Made by a program: the position numbers and the translations under genes. DNA of 64,000 nucleotides, taken from Octopus vulgaris. Taxonomy: Eukaryota. The notes beneath the pieces were generated by a model that was not told where the DNA came from, did not search any database, and saw only the letters and a list, made by a program, of their open reading frames with translations. How positions within the stretch are numbered: position 1 is the stretch's first letter; each line of letters begins with the position of its first letter. Where the stretch lies: contig OX597819.1 of assembly GCA_951406725.2 (NCBI GenBank), forward strand, positions 21,390,001 to 21,454,000, read 5' to 3'. Shown here one piece after another: positions 1 through 10,705 of this stretch.

Positions 1-181
1 ACTGCTTAGTAACGGTAACATTGCTTTCCTCACAGTCTACGTTCGTATCTTTTTCACATACACACACACACATATACATATATGTATATATACACACTTA
101 TATACATACATAAATACATGCGTGTATATATATGTACATTACATATATAAATACATAAATGTATATATGCATATATGTAAA

Positions 182-216
<35 letters not shown>

Positions 217-354
217 CGGAGATGTACTCGCATAGCAAGTAATTTGATCTGAGATCGTGTGCTGAAACGAAAACAATTGCAGCGTGGGAGGTGTTTATAA
301 GCCATTTAAGAAACACACAAAAGCCGTTCGATTCACTCCAACATTTAAGTTTAA

Positions 355-404
355 TTTGTCAAAATATTTTCGTCGCTAAAATCCGCGACCTGTTCACTGA
401 CAAA
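355..404 (-). ncRNA. Minimal type I hammerhead-like ribozyme, G3-C8 variant (left-arm copy)
   Basis: Exact reverse complement of the motif at 2050-2099. Confidence 0.6.
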
Positions 405-2049
405 GTCCGTGCTGCATCTAAGAAAGTAACAGTTAGTTCGTCATATATATGTATGTACGTATGTATGTGTGTATGTATGCATACATGTGTGTATGTATGT
501 ACATATTCATGTCCGCACATACGCCTGTGTATGCATGTATGTATGTATGTATGTATGTATGTATGTATGTATGTATGTATGTATGTATATATGTATGTGT
601 GTGTATAAGCACGCACATACACTCTATAAAACATAAAGTTATAAACCTGTAGCGTTGGATGGATGTAGAGTGACCACTCATCACAACGCTATCAAATTTC
701 AACTCCCTACGGCCGAGGCTAGAAAGTGAATTTATGACGCTTGCTCACAAGAACTATACCCTAAAATCTATTATCAGATTTTTATCTCTATATCACAGAA
801 CTAATGTTTTACTATTGTTCGTATGTATGTATGTATGTGCGTATGTATGTATGTGCGTATGTATGTATGTATGTATGTATGTATGTATGTATGTATGTAT
901 GTATGTATGTATGTATGTACATACGTACGCATGTGCGTATGTATGTATACGCGCCCGTATGCATGTGCCCATGTATGTGTGTGTGTACATGTACGTGCGT
1001 ATGTACGTGTGTATGCCCATACGTAGGTATGTATGTATGTTTGTATTCATGTGCTACGTATGTATGTGAGTGTCTAGGAGAATGGGCAGATGTGTCCGTG
1101 AGAGTGTGTACATGTGTATGTGTATGTGAACGTATGTCCGTGTACTGGCATGTGTCCGTCCAAGTTGTGTACATGACTGTTACTTAGCTGAAGGTTGTAT
1201 ACATATTTACATATATGTTTGTATGTATGTAATATATGTAAATATGTATACAACCTTCAGCTAAGTAACAGTCATGTACACAACTTGGACGGACACATGC
1301 CAGTACACGGACATACGTTCACATACACATACACATGTACACACTCTCACGGACACATCTGCCCATTCTCCTAGACACTCACATACATACGTAGCACATG
1401 AATACAAACATACATACATACCTACGTATGGGCATACACACGTACATACGCACGTACATGTACACACACACATACATGGGCACATGCATACGGGCGCGTA
1501 TACATACATACGCACATGCGTACGTATGTACATACATACATACATACATACATACATACATACATACATACATACATACATACATACATACATACATACA
1601 CATACATACATACGCACATACATACATACATACGAACAATAGTAAAACATTAGTTCTGTGATATAGAGATAAAAATCTGATAATAGATTTTAGGGTATAG
1701 TTCTTGTGAGCAAGCGTCATAAATTCACTTTCTAGCCTCGGCCGTAGGGAGTTGAAATTTGATAGCGTTGTGATGAGTGGTCACTCTACATCCATCCAAC
1801 GCTACAGGTTTATAACTTTATGTTTTATAGAGTGTATGTGCGTGCTTATACACACACATACATATATACATACATACATACATACATACATACATACATA
1901 CATACATACATACATACATGCATACACAGGCGTATGTGCGGACATGAATATGTACATACATACACACATGTATGCATACATACACACATACATACGTACA
2001 TACATATATATGACGAACTAACTGTTACTTTCTTAGATGCAGCACGGAC

Positions 2050-2099
2050 TTTGTCAGTGAACAGGTCGCGGATTTTAGCGACGAAAATATTTTGACAAA
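2050..2099 (+). ncRNA. Minimal type I hammerhead-like ribozyme, G3-C8 variant (right-arm copy)
   Basis: UUUGUCA (stem I) GUGAACA G GUCGC-ggauuuua-GCGAC (stem II) GAA AAUAUU (palindromic stem III) U UGACAAA (stem I'). Confidence 0.6.
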
Positions 2100-2178
2100 T
2101 TAAACTTAAATGTTGGAGTGAATCGAACGGCTTTTGTGTGTTTCTTAAATGGCTTATAAACACCTCCCACGCTGCAAT

Positions 2179-2210
<32 letters not shown>

Positions 2211-2332
2211 CAACTATATATGTGTCATGTGTCAATAGTTTATTTATTGCCCTTTCTCGCTTCGTCTCCTCTGTGTTCATCGCTCTAGTTTTCACTATGT
2301 GTATCATTCTTTATATATATACTTATATATAT

Positions 2333-2375
<43 letters not shown>

Positions 2376-2681
2376 TACATAGATATATACATATGTATAT
2401 ATGTATATATACATATGTGTATATATATATATGTATATATGTATATATATATGTATATATATATATATGTATGTATATGTATATATATATGATGAGGGAT
2501 TTCTTTATGGATGTGGGTGGGTGTATGTGTATTTATCACACGCATTTACATATACATACATGCATAATCATCGATACATACACACGCATTTAGTGTGAAA
2601 TTTCTTTATTGGCAAAACAAACAAAATAGTGTTTCTGTCCAGCAAGATGTATTTATTGCATGCTTTGTGTCTACGTGAGAG

Positions 2682-2736
<55 letters not shown>

Positions 2737-2740
2737 ATGA

Positions 2741-2807
<67 letters not shown>

Positions 2808-2995
2808 ATTCATTAAGGAGACAGAGAGAAAAAAATAAAAAAGACAAAAGAAAATAACAAACAAACAAACGTGGCGACGTAGCGGGAGGAAATTAGTAAT
2901 ACGACCGCTCCGTAAATGAAAAGATTAGTTGTTTAACGTTTCAATCACAGCCCTTCTTGAAAGAAGTAGGAAAGAAATCACCAATAGTCCACGTG

Positions 2996-3040
<45 letters not shown>

Positions 3041-3062
3041 TTATATATATATATATTTAAGT

Positions 3063-3165
3063 ATAACCCTCCTTTCCTTCTTTCCTAAGCGTCAAATAAT
3101 ACTTTAATAGTTCCACGTCCTCGCGTTGCTGTGTTTTTTCTGTGTTTTCTTGTTTGGATTAACTA
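3063..3165. repeat. Short dispersed repeat flanked by (TA)n, probably a PLE terminal fragment
   Basis: The reverse complement TAGTTAATCCAAACAAGAAAACAC...CAACGCGAGGACGTGGAAC...GACGCTTAGGAAA matches 55981-56082. A partial copy lies at 10285-10315. Confidence 0.75.
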
Positions 3166-3226
3166 TATATATATAAAGCGAGAGAGAGAGAAAGAAATAG
3201 ATAGATAGATAGATAGATAGATAAAC

Positions 3227-3722
3227 TTGAAAGGTGCGGTCGTGCTGGGGCACCACCGTTGGCTGTGCTACATCTATATTATTTGAAACCTTCTCTGGAA
3301 GGTGCTCTTTTATGAATGTCCTAGTTTGATGCCCCTTTCGGCAACTCTGTTTCCTGCCGTGAGGTAGGTTCATCTGGAACCCTTGACAGGGGTAGAGCTA
3401 GTTTTGTTCTGAACACATCTACATCCACACTATGCAGGTCTTTCCCGCCTTTTAGAATTACATTAAAGAGCTTTGGTCACTTGAAACTAAAGCTGTTGCA
3501 AGATTTGAACCTGTATTTTGAGGGTGATGGTGGAATGTTTGTCGTTCTACAGTGGCACCCCGTTCCCCTGTTTGTATAACCTTCAATGCTAAAGATCGTT
3601 AAATATCCTTCCAGGATTTTCCAAATGTTTACCACTGCATATATCTCATTTCCTGTCTTTGTTATAAACAGAAGAGTCTTAACTCTTTCAAACTTTCCCA
3701 GTAGCTTTTACGTTGCATTGAG
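3227..3722 (-). mobile_element. CR1-clade LINE 3' end, degenerate
   Basis: Minus-strand remnants SYWESLKELRLF, IWKILEG, KLFNVI, KDLHSVDVDVF, VPDEP. Same family as 9377-9651, with tail GGTGGTGCCCCAGCACGACCGCA. Confidence 0.75.
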
Positions 3723-3744
3723 ATGATTTTCATGTGTAGCTTCG

Positions 3745-4170
3745 ATGGATCAACTGGTGAAGCTCTATCGGTGATTCAAGAAAAACTAATGGCAGACACC
3801 CATCTAAAAGAACGCACTAGTATACCAATAAGAAACTTGATGGAAATGTTGACCTTCTGTGTAGAAACTACCTACTTCAGTATGGACAGGGATATATATC
3901 GACAAGAAGTGGGTTTAGCTATGGGTTCACCATTATTAACGGTAATAGCCAATATATATACATGGAATACTTTGAGAATTTGGCTATAGGGTCAACGCCA
4001 CTAAAACCAACCATATGGCTGCGATATGTTGATGACACGTTTATACTCTGGCCCCACCAGGAAGATGTCCAAGTGCTGTTTGATCATGAAATCTCAATAA
4101 AGCCATCCATACAGTTCACAATCGAAAACGAAAAAACAATTAGCTAGTATTCCTGGACGTATTAATAAGA
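3745..4170 (+). pseudogene. Penelope/Poseidon-type PLE reverse transcriptase fragment
   Basis: YRQEVGLAMGSPL...ANIY/MEYFE...WLRYVDDTFILW...IQFTIENE..FLDVLI across one frameshift (ORFs 3723..3989 and 3962..4147). Confidence 0.9.
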
Positions 4171-4286
4171 TTAAGTGCTGGGTTCGATTTGATCAACTAA
4201 AGTTGGTGTCCAGTATTGCTACACTCAATTGAAACAAATAAAAGAATTGATATATTTGCACACACACACACACACACACACGCAAC

Positions 4287-4321
<35 letters not shown>

Positions 4322-4453
4322 GGTATGTAGAAAAATACAACATGGACAAGACCGTATAACTCTTAGAAGACGACACAATAAACACGGACAGGACATTCGA
4401 AACCCTCAGTCTTCAGTCAAGAACCGGATCATCGTAGTAATTTCGGCTGATTA

Positions 4454-4490
<37 letters not shown>

Positions 4491-4832
4491 ATACATACAC
4501 ACACATACACATATGCGCTAATAACCGCACTCCTTCGTGTAGTAACAGCTCTCTGTTGGCATGCGTATCAGAAAAAGGCCCATTTTATAGCTAATGGTTC
4601 AGTCCATATTCCTCAGTGTTCTGCACCGTCTACAACTGCATTTGATGGATTGTGTGATATCAGCAAATCACATGAATATGTTCGCAAGTATATCTTATTA
4701 ACGGTGGCCAAAAGCACCTTGAACCAGACATTCTTTGCTCAGAATCCAACGCAGCCAATGGAGAAAGACGTGAAGAAATAGACCCATGCAATTACACTTC
4801 GACATGTATACTGTTATTTTGCAATATATAGA

Positions 4833-4875
<43 letters not shown>

Positions 4876-5545
4876 GCCCACACACGCATATGTGTATATA
4901 TGTCTGTATGCATAATTTTTCTGTATTCCCCTTCTGGTAACCTCCTGGCCGACTGCCATATACTACCAGACTTCAACGGGTTTCGTAATACTTACCTGTA
5001 TTTATTCCCAGACATATCTACTCACCTGGGAATGTCTACTGCATCAGAGACATAGACATTGCTTCCTAATTATTGATATTTACGAATTACATATTTACCG
5101 TTTATTTCAAATAGACACCGGTCATCAGCCAAAATATTCTCTAATTATTTATAGTACACTCTAAATGGTTAAATGACGTGATTAGACGAAATAAAATTTT
5201 ATTGCAACACAGATACTCACTTCACATACCCCCTTGTTCGCATGCACACACACACACACACAGTCACAAGTACACATATATCTCAAATGCATACAGACAT
5301 ATACATATAAATATATATATGGATGAGTGTTAGCATAGGTAGGCATATTTGTACGTTAGCATGTGTGTGTATATGTGTATACATATAAGCAAAATGAATA
5401 TAGCACAAATATTTCTTTGTTTGTGTTTGTGGTGTACCTGTGTGGGAGAGGTGAGTCCGTTTACTCAAATGATGTTTATATATGAGTAATCTTTCGAATA
5501 AACAGACAGTTACATTTATGCATAAATATATGCGCAGATAGTTAA

Positions 5546-5680
<135 letters not shown>

Positions 5681-5756
5681 ATGATAGATAGATAGATTGA
5701 CAGATAGATAGTGAGAGAGAGAGAGAGAGACACACACACACACACAGACTGCTAGA

Positions 5757-6030
5757 TGTTCCAGTTGAGCCAATCAGCGAATCAGGCCACACGTGGTATC
5801 AAATTGCAGGTGGTCGTACAATCCGCATACACCCGTACCCTTAAAGTCTTTCTCAGGGAAATTCAGCAAGGCGAAGACTTTTAATAAGACTGGCCTGTTT
5901 TGAAATACAGGTACAACTTTATTTTTGTCAGCTGAATGGACTGCAAAAACGTGAAATGAAGTCTCCTGCTCGAGGATACAAGGTATAATCAGAAACGAAC
6001 TCACGAACCACTAACCACTAAGCCACTCGA
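5757..6030 (-). mobile_element. Degenerate SINE: long family-C-type tail joined to a different tRNA-like head and core
   Basis: 5760-5915 aligns with 24262-24418 (CCAGTTGA..., TACCCTTAA, TTGAAATACAGG.ACAAC). The head GTGGCTTAGTGGTTAG...CTCGAGCAGGAGACTTCATTTCAC resembles 19890-20050. Confidence 0.6.
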
Positions 6031-6188
6031 TTTCACAGCATATACATAGATGTATCAGCAAACGATTGCTTGTGCCTAAAAATGCCTCACTCTAATAAGC
6101 TTAACACATTAAGGATGAATACAAATGAAAGAGAAAAGGAAACGAACTAAATTATATAATTATGGTAAGACTCCAGGTAGATATTTTT

Positions 6189-6513
6189 GGCACAGGTACG
6201 GCTGCATGGAAGCAAGCATGGTTATGTAGTTAAGGGGTTGCTTTTGCAGCCACCTGATCTTTTATTCTATTCCATCACCTGACATTTTGGTCAGGTGTTT
6301 TCTACACTAGCCAAGCGTCAACGATGCTTTGTGCGGGAAATCATAAACAGAAACTGTGTCTTTGGGTCTGTATCTGCACCTATACCCAACCGCTTCATAA
6401 CATGTATAAGTTTCTTTATGCCCCCGTAACTTAACGGTTCGGCAGATGACAGCTGAATATCTGCAGGGCAGTGCCACTGCATGGCCGCAGTCCAATGAAT
6501 GGAACGCGTAAAT
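6189..6513 (+). mobile_element. SINE family A, old degenerate copy
   Basis: Remnants of CCCCGTAACTTAACGGTTCGGCA and GCATGGCCGCAGTC. Confidence 0.7.
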
Positions 6514-7509
6514 GACATATTCTGACAAACGAAATGGGAGAAGCCAAAATAAATATTTCTATCTATCTTCACAACGAACCAGGAAAAGAATTTCTATTGA
6601 TCATAATCTCAATCCCGTTTTAACAAAACACCATAACATAATATCTTTTGCATTTGCTTGTTATTTGAACGATATAAAACAGACATTCACATTTGCGAAT
6701 TTTAATAGCGAAACCTAGATATGGAGATTATTGCCAAATTTCGTATCTTTTGTTTTGCTCGCTTTACATTCTGGCTTTGCTGAAATGTCTTGGGAACACA
6801 TTCTTCGCAGTGGGACGATTTGGTATCTTCTCCTCGCATATTAGGAATCCATATATATTCAGGTATATCTGTATGCGCTATATTTGTGTACGTACTTATA
6901 TATACATATATATATACACACATATATATGAGTGCGTATGTATGTATGTCCTTATAGGTCTATTGCAATGAATAGTTTCCAGCAAAATTAGAATTGGGTT
7001 TTTGTTTCGTTTGTTTTTCTTCCTGTTATAAATTCATTCAAGGTAGGAGAGCCCCCTACACACTCTTGTCATACACCCCTCTACATTCAATCTTTTTTCA
7101 CTTCATGGAATTTTAAACGGATGAATCATTCTTATTTGGGTGTTCGTTGCAGAGCTTAGAAGAATAGAGAACACTGTTGAATACCGGAACATGACTTGAT
7201 ATTCTTCGATTGAATTGGAACGGTGCTAAGCATATGATTCTGTTTTGTAATCGCAACATTATTCTCCTTACTTTTTAAATCTTCCAACATTCAACATAAT
7301 ATAAATAGATACAAATATCTAAAAATTATAATCACCATAGCGTAAGGATTTCCGCGTTAAAACTATAGCTTGGCTAGACCGCCGTTCCATCTACAGACCG
7401 GTTTTGTTTCAATTGGATTGTCTTGGCATTCAATCCTACATTCAATGCCTTTGTTGTTCACTGAAATGTTTCAATTCGATGATGCAATCGATAGAGTCTA
7501 TGAGTGTTA

Positions 7510-7544
<35 letters not shown>

Positions 7545-7572
7545 TTATATATATATGTATATATCTGTGTGT

Positions 7573-7620
<48 letters not shown>

Positions 7621-7821
7621 GTATGTATGTGCGTGTATGTGTGTATACACATATATATATGTATGTATATATATACACACATAATCACGCATATACACAT
7701 ACATGCATTTTGATACTTGTTTCTTAATTAAAGTTTTAATGCAAGTAATTTTGAATTAAACTGAAGAATTACACAATGCATTTGTTGAGAACATATTTGT
7801 TACATTTTAAAAGAGTGCTGA

Positions 7822-7863
7822 GAGTGACTTCGAAGTTTCGGCACAATTACCATCATCCTACTG
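7822..7863 (-). ncRNA. Degenerate minimal hammerhead-like motif
   Basis: Reverse complement AGU aggAUGA U GGUA-auug-UGCC GAA ACUUCGAAGU C ACU. Stem III is palindromic and the GUC triplet is present, but core positions 3-4 are non-canonical. Confidence 0.45.
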
Positions 7864-7947
7864 TCACCAATTTTTGTTAACAATCTTATATACATACATA
7901 TATTCATATGTATATGTGTATATATGTATATGTATATGTGTGTGCGT

Positions 7948-8188
7948 ATAGCTTTCATAGCTTTCATAGCTTTCGGCCAGTAGAGGCTCAGGCCAAATCT
8001 AATTTAATAACACCATCTGGTGAAATATTCTAGTCATATATGAGGCACCATGACCTACTCGAGCAAAGATTTATTATTGTTTGAGACATCCGCGTGTAGG
8101 CGGTTGTTCCGGATCTTTTAAAGAAATTTCTCCGGTGAACGTTTGAAATCTATGTGATCCGTTTGAGGACAAACTCTGTTGCCGGATC
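7948..8188 (-). mobile_element. CR1-like LINE 3' end with (GAAAGCTAT)3 tail
   Basis: The minus strand gives FKRSPEKFL..PEQPP...SNNNKSLLE*, followed by a 9-bp tandem terminal repeat of the kind that ends CR1 elements. Confidence 0.6.
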
Positions 8189-8204
8189 ATTCACCATAAC
8201 AATA

Positions 8205-8700
8205 CCCATAGCAATTTATTTGACATTACCATGAGAACATCTGACTCCACCTAGGTCACCGACCTAGTTGGACTATGCATACTCCACCAGCTCCAAATAC
8301 ATATCTCTAATCTCAAGAGTAGCCTCTACAGAGAAGACGCCTTGCTAGTTACCAAGAGCGTAAATAAGTCCTTTTAGAACTAGCTAGAAAAGATCTACTC
8401 TAATTCTTCTCTAGCCTAAACCTACCTATTACGTTTAAACTACTAACTTTTTAGACGTAACTTTAAACTCAGAAACCTCCCAATACACCCCTTATAAAAA
8501 ACCTAACCAATAACTTAAATACCTAAACATTCATTTCACTCACCATAAATCCACCTTTGATAACATAGTCAAGGGTATCTCGATCCGTATATCTGACCTC
8601 TCTTCCACTGAGGAGATATTCAATAATCACGCACGATATTAGAACCAAGCGCTTGCTACCAGCGGCTTCTACCAACAAATAAAATACATCCCTAATACCT
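8205..8700 (+). pseudogene. Naiad-type PLE RT fragment, degenerate
   Basis: LFDITM...VTDLVGL, LYREDAL, NFLDVTLN, YKKPN, ISDLSSTEEIFN, ALATSGF. Colinear with 52010-53790. Confidence 0.8.
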
Positions 8701-9017
8701 GACTCAAACAACATATATCTCAAATCACATCGCAACGACGCACCAACCAACACTAAGTATCATAACAGAACATATTATACACTTGGATAGAACCCCGGAA
8801 GAATTCGTATCAATACAACCTATACCCCACACGCACACATATAACACTAGGTCAACAGCTAAAACAGCTAACAACAAAGGGACATGCTACCCCGCTCCAT
8901 TTTTTAGAGTAACAGTTTTGTGATAATTTTGCAGCCATAATAAATTAGATTACTGAACCTTTAGTATTCGACTACTATTTTTCTATAGTGCTTTGCATTC
9001 ATATGTATGTAAGTATG

Positions 9018-9062
<45 letters not shown>

Positions 9063-9234
9063 CTTTTTCATTTATTTATTTTTATTTTTCTACTTATTTA
9101 CTTCTTTATTTGTGTATGTTATTTGTTTATTTTGATTACTTATACATATGATTGTAATTAATTAATAAACAGATCCAACTGAATGTTTACTGGTTGATGC
9201 TTCTTGATTGATTACATCTCCATTTTCTAATTTG

Positions 9235-9307
<73 letters not shown>

Positions 9308-9376
9308 TAAGTTATGGGTTGTGGATCCAACCCACTGAGGGATAATACTTATCCAATATACTGTTGGTATAATACT

Positions 9377-9651
9377 TTTTATTTTATTTTATTTTATCTA
9401 GTTTCAGCTCACGAGCTGTGGCCATGCTGGGGAACCGCCATTTGGTTTTGCTACATGATTTTACTTCACGAATGCTTTTTAGCAATTGCCATTTGGTGTA
9501 TGAGAGAGTTCGATGCAGCTACTGTGAAGTTGGTTCATCCGGGACACCTGACAGGAAGAAATCCAGTTTTATTTTAAAGACATCTGCATCCACGCCATGC
9601 AGGTCTCTCAGGTTCTTCGGAAGGATATTGAAGAGCTGTGGGCCTCTGAAT
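9377..9651 (-). mobile_element. CR1-clade LINE 3' end with 3' UTR and tail
   Basis: The minus strand gives FRGPQLFNILPKNLRDLHGVDADVFKIKLDFFLSGVPDEPT...AASNSLIH, then GGCGGTTCCCCAGCATGGCCACAGCTCGTGAGCTGAAACTAGA(TAAAA)n. Confidence 0.85.
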
Positions 9652-10315
9652 AATACCTAAATTATTAATACACAATCCATTTAACTTGCTTACTGTATTA
9701 TATCTATACATACATGTATAATCATTGTTGTACTTTTGCTTTTAATGCCTTCATATTCATAACGACATCCTTAAGTTGTCGGGTTCATGTTTTGGAGACA
9801 GTGTTCAATAATGGATTGATGCCTTATTTAGGCTTTAAATGAAATAAAGTTTTAACTCAGCTTTTGAAAGTATTTGTCTCTTCGATAGAGACTTTGCTTT
9901 ACTTTTTAACTGCCTTCTTCCCGTACATATGTTCATACGTAGCGCACAACGATATTATATATATATATATATCCAGTGAGAAAAAGAAACAATGAAAGAA
10001 AGTAAGAAAGATAAAAGGAAATGCGGAAGGAAAGAAACGATATATACAGAGAATAATTGGAAGAATAAAATGAAGAGTAAAATTCGGGCGAGAGAAAGAT
10101 TTAGACTAAAACAACTTACAGAAGAGAATGCAAACAAGAACGGGCGGCAGCGCGCACACACACACACACATACACACGTTCGTACAAACATACAATTGCC
10201 AATGCGCGCACATTGCTAGGTATATAAACAAATATATAAACATACCGTCCGTCTATCTATACACATGCATAAAGAACAGTATGTCCCTTCTTTCCTGAGC
10301 GTCAAATGATACTTT

Positions 10316-10363
<48 letters not shown>

Positions 10364-10368
10364 TATAT

Positions 10369-10670
10369 GTGGAGGCGCAATGGCCCAGTGGTTAGGGCAG
10401 CGGACTCGCAATCGCAGGATCGCGGTTTCGTTTCCCAGACCGGGCGTTGTGAGTGTTTATTGAGCGAAAACACCTAAAAGCTTCACGACGCTCCGACAGG
10501 GGGTGGTGGGGATCCCTGCTGTACTCTTTCGCCACAACATTCTCCCACTCTTTCTTCTGTTGGCCAGCTCGCTTAGCCAGCGGGATGGCGTCATTCGAAG
10601 GCTAAAACAATGCGAACGCATTGTGACCAGCGATGTATAACAACATCTGATGGTCTGGTCGGTCACGTGA
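10369..10670 (+). mobile_element. tRNA-derived SINE family C, short-tail form
   Basis: A-box TGGCCCAGTGG and B-box-like GGTTTCGTTTCC. The first ~190 nt match 24228-24619(-), but the 3' tail differs. Confidence 0.9.

Positions 10671-10705
<35 letters not shown>

Larger units (their letters stand above)
273..2181. repeat. Large near-perfect inverted repeat: arms 273-1216 and 1232-2181, 15-nt spacer
   Basis: ACAATTGCAGCGTGGGAG at 273 is mirrored by CTCCCACGCTGCAATTGT ending at 2181. The centre reads ACATATTTACATATAT-gtttgtatgtatgta-ATATATGTAAATATGT. Mirror-image ORFs appear in the track (433..702- vs 1752..2021+). The arms differ by 6 bp, within a (TATG)n tract. Confidence 0.97.

Noticed and set aside
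4390-4455. CUGAAGA...CGAA on the minus strand as a hammerhead
   Set aside because: GAA is followed by U, and I could not build stems I and III. It is kept only as a repeat related to 16260-16330.
4988-4998. ATACTTACCTG (U1 snRNA 5' end, or a minus-strand splice donor)
   Set aside because: No U1 body follows, and no credible upstream exon or acceptor was found.
10369-10445. tRNA gene (likewise the other SINE heads)
   Set aside because: It has A/B boxes but continues into a repeated SINE body and lacks a proper acceptor stem.
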